Positions 57,172 through 64,000 of a stretch of 64,000 nt of DNA are shown here, one piece after another (the stretch's first letter is position 1; each line of letters starts with the position of its first letter). Below the pieces are notes generated by a model. The model was not told the DNA's origin. It did no database searches and was given only the letters and a program-made list of their open reading frames with translations. The stretch comes from an uncultured Acidobacteriaceae bacterium (GTDB lineage Bacteria; Acidobacteriota; Terriglobia; Terriglobales; Acidobacteriaceae): positions 6 through 64,005 of the forward strand of contig CAXTBI010000007.1 of assembly GCA_964242195.1 (NCBI GenBank), given 5' to 3'. The translations under genes were made by a program, and so were the position numbers.

Positions 57172-58812
57172 ATGGGTTTGCTTGCTACTCGACCGGCTCC
57201 ATGGCTGTTGCTGCTAGCAGCGATTGCTGGGGTTTCCGCGTCGGCCCAGGCTCTTGCGCCAGAAGTTGACAGCGCTCCTGCGCAAGACGTGCGGGCGGCG
57301 CTGGCCGAGGCTGAGCATGGGGATCGCGCGGGTGCTTTGCGGCAAGCCGCTGCGATTCTTTCGAAATATCCACACTTCGTGCCGGCGATGAAGCTGGATG
57401 CCATGTTGCGCGAGGATTCCGGCGATGCGGCTGCGGCGGAAAAGGAGTATGCCGCTGCGTTGTCCCTGGCCCCGGATGACCCGGATCTGCTGTTCAAAGT
57501 CGGGCTTGCCGACCTGTTGCATGGGGACGCGAGCCGGGCTGTCGTGCGGCTGGCACGCTACACAACGCTTCAATCCACGGACGAGGAAGGTTTCTACTAC
57601 TTGGCGCAGGCATACCACCGTGCCGGCCTGGATGAACAGGCGTTGAAGGCGATTCGGCGCGCTACGGACATTGCGCCGACCAGCGCACCCATCCTGCAGA
57701 AGTACGGTGAATTGCTGTGCAGCAGCGGCGACAATGACAAGGCCATGACTGTGCTGGCGAAGGCGCAATCGGCCGACCCGGCCCTTCCGCGGATCAATTT
57801 CGATCTCGCGGTGGCAAGCTACAACAATCAGGATCTGGAAGGGGCCGTGCGTTATACGACGCTCCAGACCCAGCTGAAACCTTCGGATGCCGAAGCCGTT
57901 TCGTTGTTGGCCTCCGCGGAGGAGAAGCTGGGGCAATGGGATGCGGCTCTGCCCCATTTGCAGCGCGCCCTGGCGGCGAGTCCCCAAAGCGCGACGCTGC
58001 TGTTGCAACTAGGCCATTGTCAGTTGGAGCTGCATCAGAACGAGGCGGCTGTGGGTTCGCTCCGGCAGGCGCTTCGGCTCGATCCGACGCAGCCGCTGGC
58101 GCACTTCTTTTTGTCACGAGCGTATGCCGCCCTGGGCAACACGGAGGGTGCTCGGCATGAGGCGGCCCTGCACCAACGCATGCTGCAGGAAGTTTCGTTC
58201 TCCTTGCCGAAGGCGCAGGAGCGACAAGAGGTGGAGTTGCGGGAGGGGGCGGCTAAATTGCTGGCCGCACACCATGAAGACCAAGCGCTGCAACTCTATG
58301 CACGCGCGGATCAAGACCCGGTTCCTTCGCCCGGTACACCGTATCTGGCGGTCGGCGCGACGTATCTGTCCATGGGGGATGGCGCGAAGGCAAAGGGGGC
58401 GTTGGATCATGCGTTGCGTCTCGACCCCCGCTGCAAGGGCGCGCATAGCTACCTCGGCATCCTGGCCTTACAGACGAACGATTTGGCCACCGCGGCGCAG
58501 CAGTTCGACGAGGAACTAAAGATCGATACGAACCATCCGCTGGCGCTTGCCGAGCTTGGCGAGGTGCGTTATCGGCAGGGGCAGTGGAACGAGGCGATCG
58601 CGCTGTTCGTTCGTTCAAAGACAAGCATTCCGAGATTCCTTTATATGCTGACGGATGCCTACTTTCAGGTAGGCAATACAGCGGCCGCGGATGTTACAGC
58701 CGAATCGCTGGCGGCCTACGCCCATGGGCAACCGGAAGTTATCGCCAGCCTCGTGCAACTTCTGCAAAGCCGAGGAGAGACCGGGGCCATCGAGCGGATC
58801 GAGCACCCGTAG
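57172..58812 (+). CDS. Secreted tetratricopeptide repeat protein
   Basis: Signal peptide; repeated A...L..AL.L.P TPR patterns. Confidence 0.88.
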   Translation: MGLLATRPAPWLLLLAAIAGVSASAQALAPEVDSAPAQDVRAALAEAEHGDRAGALRQAAAILSKYPHFVPAMKLDAMLREDSGDAAAAEKEYAAALSLAPDDPDLLFKVGLADLLHGDASRAVVRLARYTTLQSTDEEGFYYLAQAYHRAGLDEQALKAIRRATDIAPTSAPILQKYGELLCSSGDNDKAMTVLAKAQSADPALPRINFDLAVASYNNQDLEGAVRYTTLQTQLKPSDAEAVSLLASAEEKLGQWDAALPHLQRALAASPQSATLLLQLGHCQLELHQNEAAVGSLRQALRLDPTQPLAHFFLSRAYAALGNTEGARHEAALHQRMLQEVSFSLPKAQERQEVELREGAAKLLAAHHEDQALQLYARADQDPVPSPGTPYLAVGATYLSMGDGAKAKGALDHALRLDPRCKGAHSYLGILALQTNDLATAAQQFDEELKIDTNHPLALAELGEVRYRQGQWNEAIALFVRSKTSIPRFLYMLTDAYFQVGNTAAADVTAESLAAYAHGQPEVIASLVQLLQSRGETGAIERIEHP

Positions 58813-58824
58813 CGGCGGGCGCCG

Positions 58825-60681
58825 TTATCTCGCGCGGATGGCTGGGGCGTGTTCCTTGCTTTCCACGACAGTGAGCACCTGGTCCGCCTTTACGTTCGTC
58901 AGCACCTGGTGAACGCCCGTTGGCCACCACAGATCGATGGTGTCGACGACCGTGGCATCGCCCAGCCCGAAGTGCACGCGCTTATCGCTGGAGGAGTTAT
59001 AGCCCACAGCCGTGGTTGCTTCGTTGTATTGGTCTCCATGGGCAGCCGTAATCTTGACACGCGTACCCAGGCCATCGCGGTTGTCGGCAACACCGACAAG
59101 CTTGAGCAGAAGCCAATGATTCCGCTTGGCCGGCGGAAGTTCCGCGCCGGTGGTGTTCATCAGCAGTTGCGGCGAGCCATTCAGGACGGTCACCGCGGTA
59201 TCGATGCGGCCGTTATTGCGGAAATCGCCGAAGGCTGCCCCGCGATGGGGTGCCGGCGAGTTGAAGGCCGGTCCGGCGGTCGAACTCACATCGGAAAAGT
59301 GGGTGCGATCTTGCCGACGATACACAGCGTCGGGCAGCGGAAACGGCCGGCGTTCCACTTCCATTTCGTTGTCCAGGATGGCCGCATTGGCCGTGAACAG
59401 GTCCTTCCAGCCGTCGTTATCGAAGTCAAAGGCTCCCGCCCCCCAGCCCGTAAGTTTCATGGTGGGTGCAGCCAAGCCGGCGACCCCGGTAACTTCCTGA
59501 AATTGGCCGTCGCCGAGGTTTTTGTAGAGCGGGAAGCTATCTCCAAACATGGCCGTGTGAAAAATGTCGGGCTTGCCGTCGTTGTCCATGTCGCGAAACT
59601 CGGCACCCATCCCGGCCACGGCTTTTCCGTTGTCCTTGTAGGCGACGCCGGCCTCGGTGGCTTCGTCGGTGAAGGTGCCATCACCGTTGTTGCGAAGAAG
59701 GAAGTTAGGGAACGTGTCGTTGGAGATGAAGATGTCGGTGTGACCGTCGTTGTTGTAATCCGCGAAAGCTACGCCCATGCCTTTGCCCACGTACTCGGCT
59801 ATGTGTGACTGCGCCGAAACGTCGGTAAAGGTGCCGTCCCCATTATTGCGGTACAAGATGTTGGGCAAGCCCTGGAAATCGTCGGGCGAGCAGAAGGTCG
59901 CGATTTTTCTGACACTGCAAAGGGCCGCTGTTTTCAGGTTGTAATCAAGGTAGTTGACGACTAACAGATCCAGCTTTCCATCGCCGTTGTAGTCAAACCA
60001 GCCCGCGGTTACGGACCATCCCTTGCCTTTGCCGGGCAGGTTGCCGCCAACCCCTGCCTTGTCGGTTTTATCAGTGAAGGTTCCGTCGCCATTGTTATGG
60101 AGCAGTTGATTGCGATTGACTCCGGTGACGTAAAGATCCACAAAACCGTCATTGTCGTAGTCACCCGCCGCCACGCCCATGGAGTACCCGACGCCGCCAA
60201 CGCCAGCTTTCTCGGTTACGTCGGTAAAGGTGCCGTCGCCGTTGTTATGGTAGAGCCGGTTCCAGAAAGCTGGCCCGGTTTTTTCGAGCGACGGAATGGC
60301 TGCCCCGTTGGTGAAGAACAAATCGAGCAGGCCGTCATTGTCGTAGTCGAACGCCGCGACGCCGCCGGCCATCGTCTCAATGGAGTAACGCTGCGGTGTG
60401 ATGTTGCTGTTGAGCTTGAAGCCAATGCCGGCGCGCCCCGCGGCGTCCTCAAAGGTTATGGGTGCGACAGGAGGAGGTACCGCCGCTGCCCTGGGGGCGT
60501 TCTCCGCGTTGCTCGCGCCGGTGGGCGTCTGCGCATACGCGGGGTATTGCCTTGAAATGAGGAACGCACAGAAAACGAGCGAAGCCAAACAGCGAGGCAG
60601 CCGCGTGAGGGTAGGCGGGCGGTTCGTGCAGACAGGTGGAAGGGTAAACATACGGCGTTTCGCCTCTGGGATGGCGATCAA
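58825..60681 (-). CDS. CRTAC1 family FG-GAP beta-propeller with ASPIC/UnbV domain
   Basis: Multiple DYDNDG..DL and NNGDGTFTDV repeats; C-terminal GYNSS...VHFGLG...WPTG. Start is TTG 60681 (overlapping the upstream stop) or ATG 60651. Confidence 0.92.
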   Translation of the reverse strand: MIAIPEAKRRMFTLPPVCTNRPPTLTRLPRCLASLVFCAFLISRQYPAYAQTPTGASNAENAPRAAAVPPPVAPITFEDAAGRAGIGFKLNSNITPQRYSIETMAGGVAAFDYDNDGLLDLFFTNGAAIPSLEKTGPAFWNRLYHNNGDGTFTDVTEKAGVGGVGYSMGVAAGDYDNDGFVDLYVTGVNRNQLLHNNGDGTFTDKTDKAGVGGNLPGKGKGWSVTAGWFDYNGDGKLDLLVVNYLDYNLKTAALCSVRKIATFCSPDDFQGLPNILYRNNGDGTFTDVSAQSHIAEYVGKGMGVAFADYNNDGHTDIFISNDTFPNFLLRNNGDGTFTDEATEAGVAYKDNGKAVAGMGAEFRDMDNDGKPDIFHTAMFGDSFPLYKNLGDGQFQEVTGVAGLAAPTMKLTGWGAGAFDFDNDGWKDLFTANAAILDNEMEVERRPFPLPDAVYRRQDRTHFSDVSSTAGPAFNSPAPHRGAAFGDFRNNGRIDTAVTVLNGSPQLLMNTTGAELPPAKRNHWLLLKLVGVADNRDGLGTRVKITAAHGDQYNEATTAVGYNSSSDKRVHFGLGDATVVDTIDLWWPTGVHQVLTNVKADQVLTVVESKEHAPAIRAR

Positions 60682-61976
60682 CTCGGCATCGACTCACCCG
60701 GACGCACGATCCGGATGTCATGATCGGTGAAGTTTCCATGCATGCTGGGAACCGTTACTTTGGGCATGTGACACGTGGTGCACTGACTCCCGGCCTCCGG
60801 GCAGACGGCAGCCGCCTGGACCGCATGGCCCCCGCCGGGGCCCGCATGGTGGCAGCTGACGCAGTGGCGATCGTACACCGTGGGATCGCGCTCCAGCGCC
60901 CGGTGAGGATCGTGACAGGCGACACAGGTTAATCGCTCGTCCTCCGTGGCGCGCCAACATTTGCTCTCCTCCAGTCGGTATGGCTGGAAGCGCACAACGG
61001 CCGTGCTTGTGTTCCCCCCTGTCGCGAGCAGGGCATCGGAAAAGGTGCGATGGCAGGAGCCGCAAAAGTCGATGGAATCGGCGGGGGACAACTTCCCGGG
61101 GTTGAAGATGGCGGTGCGCAGGGGGGAGCCTGACGGCGCCGCAGCGTCTTTTCGTTCCCCTGTGGCATGCTCGTGGCCGGGACCATGGCACGCCTCACAA
61201 CCCAGGCCGGCTTCGGCATGGAGCGGGTTGAAGCCGGCGGTGGTCGTCGCATGCACCGTGTGGCAGGCGAAACAGCGGCGCGTTTCGTCCCCTGTGAGCA
61301 CCTGTCCCGGGGTGCCGACCGCGGTGTGCGGATCATGGCCCAAGCCCGTCGTCACGTCCAGGGCTCCCTCTTTCGTGTAGTAGGTGAGCTCACTCTGAAA
61401 CCAGCGGCCTTCTGACTGGTAGAGGAACGTTCGTCCCAAAACGCCGTCGCCCATCACCCAGTCAAGGTTTTGTGTGGAGCCATGCGCTCCCGGGCTTGTC
61501 AGCGTGAGCCCTCCTTTAGCGCCAGCCGTTAGAAAAGAGAGCAGATCTGGAGAACCGAACCGCACCTCCTTGCCAGGGGGCAGGAAGTGAGCCTCCGCCG
61601 CCGGCGTCGCGGCGCGCACCATGGCCGAAGGGCGCGCGTGCACCTCATCTGTGTGGCAACCGATGCAGGCGCTTGAGCCGGCAAAGGCGGAGAGCGGAAA
61701 GCTTGACTTGGTGGGCCACCATGCTTCGGTTTGCAAGCGCTCTTCCGTGGTGAGTTGGGTACCCTCGGAAGGGTGTTGCGCGTACGCGCGAGGTCCCCAG
61801 GAGATACTCAAGGTGACTGCCAACGTGAGCAGGAGGCCGCGGAGGAAACGTGAGCGCAGTCCCAGCGATGCCCTGGATAGATTGCCCAACGGGTGTTGCC
61901 GCCACACCTCGCGGAGCTCGGGCGCGATTCGATCGAGGTTACGCAAGAGCGGAAGACACACAGAAAACAATACCAT
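60678..61976 (-). CDS. Multiheme c-type cytochrome (7 CxxCH, c554-like)
   Basis: CIGCH, CFACH, CEACH, CGSCH, CVACH, CVSCH and CTTCH; signal-like segment; FTDH.IR end. Start uncertain. Confidence 0.88.
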   Translation of the reverse strand: MVLFSVCLPLLRNLDRIAPELREVWRQHPLGNLSRASLGLRSRFLRGLLLTLAVTLSISWGPRAYAQHPSEGTQLTTEERLQTEAWWPTKSSFPLSAFAGSSACIGCHTDEVHARPSAMVRAATPAAEAHFLPPGKEVRFGSPDLLSFLTAGAKGGLTLTSPGAHGSTQNLDWVMGDGVLGRTFLYQSEGRWFQSELTYYTKEGALDVTTGLGHDPHTAVGTPGQVLTGDETRRCFACHTVHATTTAGFNPLHAEAGLGCEACHGPGHEHATGERKDAAAPSGSPLRTAIFNPGKLSPADSIDFCGSCHRTFSDALLATGGNTSTAVVRFQPYRLEESKCWRATEDERLTCVACHDPHRALERDPTVYDRHCVSCHHAGPGGGHAVQAAAVCPEAGSQCTTCHMPKVTVPSMHGNFTDHDIRIVRPGESMPS

Positions 61977-62177
61977 CGGCCGCAGAACAAGGTCCAGGTT
62001 CGCCAGGGTGAGGGCCCGCGCTCGTCTCGTTTCACACCATCGAAAGGGTCCGCCGAATGAGAACTCCCTCGGTCGAGCTCTGCGACTTCCGTACAGAACC
62101 GGCGTTACAGCACTGACCCAAAGGTTGCAGCATTTCCCCTTGCTTTCCGCCCGGACACCCCCACGGGCTGCCCGACA

Positions 62178-62206
62178 GGTTACGTTTCACCGATGGAACG
62201 TTACCG
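62178..62206. promoter_or_regulatory. Possible LacI-family operator pair
   Basis: GGTTACGTTTCA and TGGAACGTTACC resemble TGNAACGTTNCA-type palindromes, in the divergent gap upstream of a TonB receptor. Confidence 0.35.
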
Positions 62207-62371
62207 ATGGGTGTACAGAAGAGTGTCTTCGACAATAAATTACTTGACATTCGTAGGTGCTGTCCGCTGTTATGGGTTCCGCAGCCGCCACAGTGAATCG
62301 TTCATCCTGGAAGAAAGAAGGAAACGACTGGGTTAGGCTGCGAAGATGCACCTTTTGAGAGGAAGGCCTAG

Positions 62372-64000
62372 ATGAGGCAGTTTTCAAGTGTACGGCAGAC
62401 AAAACGAACGCTCCTGGCAGCAATTTTGAGGGGCCGCGCGGGGCACAAACTCACAGCTTCCGTGCTTGGCACGGCGTGCCTGTTCGCCGGTGTGAATGCG
62501 AAGGGCCAAGCGGCCAACGCGGGCGATATCCGCGGAACCGCCTCGGATCCCAGCGGCGCGCTGCTTCCCGACGTCACGGTCACCGTACTGAATACGGGCA
62601 CCGGGGTCACAAAAACGCTGACCACGAACCGGGACGGCCTGTACGACACAGGTCCCATCGTCACCGGCAACTACACGGTTACGTTCAGCAAGAGCGGCTT
62701 CGACAAGTTCACGCGGACAGGGTTGAATCTCGATGTCACGACGGTCACGGTGGACGGCGCGCTCAAGGTCGGCAACACCAACGAGACGGTCACGGTCAAC
62801 ACGGACGTTCCGCTGATCCAGACGGAAAGCGGCGACCAGTCCGCGACGCTGACCTTCAAGTCAATGGACCAACTTCCCAACACCGGCGGCAGTGGCACGG
62901 GCCCCAGCTGGGAAAATTTCACCACGCTAATCGCGGGCTCGGCGGCAACCCCCTCGGCACCGCTCGGCAACCAGCCCGGCCAGGCAGTTTCGGTGAACGG
63001 CAATCTGCCGTACAGCTCGATTCTCTCGGACGGCGCGGAATCCACGCTGCCAAGTTCCGCCAATGCGGATACCTATGTATTCGAGGTGGTGCAGGAAGTC
63101 AAAGTCAGCACGTCGGCCTTTTCTGCGCAGTACGGAGTCGGCGGTATTCTTTTCGACCAGATCAGCAAAAGTGGAACCAACCGCATCCACGGTGCGGCGT
63201 ACGAGTACAACCAGAACGACGCCTATAACGCCAAGCCGTATAATTTCGGCGGTGGAACGATCCAGAAGAACCGGGTTCGTTTCAATAACTTCGGCGGCTC
63301 CATCGGCGGTCCGATTTGGAAAGACAAAGCGTTCTTCTACTTCAACTACGATCAGATCGTAAACAATTCCGCGGTGAGCAACTATGCCACCGTGCCAACT
63401 TTGGCGGAGCGCGCGGGTGACTTTTCGCAGTTCCTCATACCCGGTGTGACCTGTCTTGCGACTACGCCAACATCTGCAGGAAGCAGCGCCGGTTGCATTT
63501 ATGATCCGGCAACGCAGGTCACGGTGAATGGGCAGATCGGCCGTACACCGTTTGCAGGTAATATCATCCCGACGGCACGCTTCGATGCTGTCGCCAAGAA
63601 CATTCAAACATATCTGCCGTTGCCGAATCTCCCTGGAAACCTAAAACCAGCAGGTTTTAACGCCAAGGGTGACTATGTGCCCTTTTCAGACGCCAATAAC
63701 TACTACTACCAGGGAACACAAGCCAACCCATTTAAGAAGTACTTCGGACGTTTCGACGTCAATGTCACAGGTAAAAATCACCTCACCGGAACGGTAGCCA
63801 AGCGCGACAATCCTTATCTCAACATTGGCCAAAACATCTGCCCGGTGAACTGTTACACCGCCGACGTGGACAGCACCAACGCGCAGCTTACCGATGTTCA
63901 CAGCTTTAGCAGCACCTTCGTGAACGAGGTGCGCATGGGCTATACTAACCAGCTGAACTTTTTCGTTGGCCCGACCTTTGGGGCAGGCTTCCCACAGAAA
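62372..64000 (+). CDS. Second TonB-dependent receptor, truncated by the window edge, paralog of 53564..57049
   Basis: Manual translation from ATG 62372 gives MRQFSS...QAANAGDIRGTASDPSGALLP...NGNLPYSSILSDG...FSAQYG. It is missing from the ORF track because there is no stop in the window. Confidence 0.9.
   Translation, partial: MRQFSSVRQTKRTLLAAILRGRAGHKLTASVLGTACLFAGVNAKGQAANAGDIRGTASDPSGALLPDVTVTVLNTGTGVTKTLTTNRDGLYDTGPIVTGNYTVTFSKSGFDKFTRTGLNLDVTTVTVDGALKVGNTNETVTVNTDVPLIQTESGDQSATLTFKSMDQLPNTGGSGTGPSWENFTTLIAGSAATPSAPLGNQPGQAVSVNGNLPYSSILSDGAESTLPSSANADTYVFEVVQEVKVSTSAFSAQYGVGGILFDQISKSGTNRIHGAAYEYNQNDAYNAKPYNFGGGTIQKNRVRFNNFGGSIGGPIWKDKAFFYFNYDQIVNNSAVSNYATVPTLAERAGDFSQFLIPGVTCLATTPTSAGSSAGCIYDPATQVTVNGQIGRTPFAGNIIPTARFDAVAKNIQTYLPLPNLPGNLKPAGFNAKGDYVPFSDANNYYYQGTQANPFKKYFGRFDVNVTGKNHLTGTVAKRDNPYLNIGQNICPVNCYTADVDSTNAQLTDVHSFSSTFVNEVRMGYTNQLNFFVGPTFGAGFPQK

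Noticed and set aside
1..64000. tRNA/rRNA/tmRNA genes, integrases, transposases, prophage
   Set aside because: No recognisable signatures by eye. TopIB shares the tyrosine-recombinase fold but has topoisomerase motifs.

Overview
GC-rich bacterial chromosomal window, most likely from Acidobacteriota (inferred from carboxypeptidase-regulatory-domain TonB receptors, a TPR/CRTAC1/multiheme module and the gene styles). It covers the replication-origin region: rsmG-parS-parA-parB, dnaN, jag-yidC-yidD-rnpA-rpmH and dnaA. Housekeeping genes include thrS, accD, folC, plsC, ddl, pdxH, a threonine dehydratase and sseA. A stress/repair block holds LigC, Prim-Pol, an SRPBCC protein, TopIB, a CPA2-USP antiporter and two Tat ferritin-like proteins. 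There are also a YjgC/D-type formate-dehydrogenase-like pair and two glycoside hydrolases (GH30, GH3). Most notable observations: (1) a secreted subtilase ending in 16 TALWGK hexapeptide repeats, preceded by a ~140-nt nested structured leader that matches no RNA family I recognise; (2) dnaA is decoupled from dnaN and a DnaA-box cluster, as if the jag..dnaA block were inverted; (3) a TonB receptor-TPR-CRTAC1-heptaheme cytochrome-TonB receptor envelope module; (4) a Ku-less LigC/Prim-Pol/TopIB repair cluster; (5) a frameshifted, lower-GC DUF3800 gene next to dnaN; (6) pervasive 7-26-bp tandem duplications, some beside TGTCATCC REP-like ends. No tRNA, rRNA, CRISPR array or transposase was recognised. 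All calls come from manual motif reading, with no database searches.
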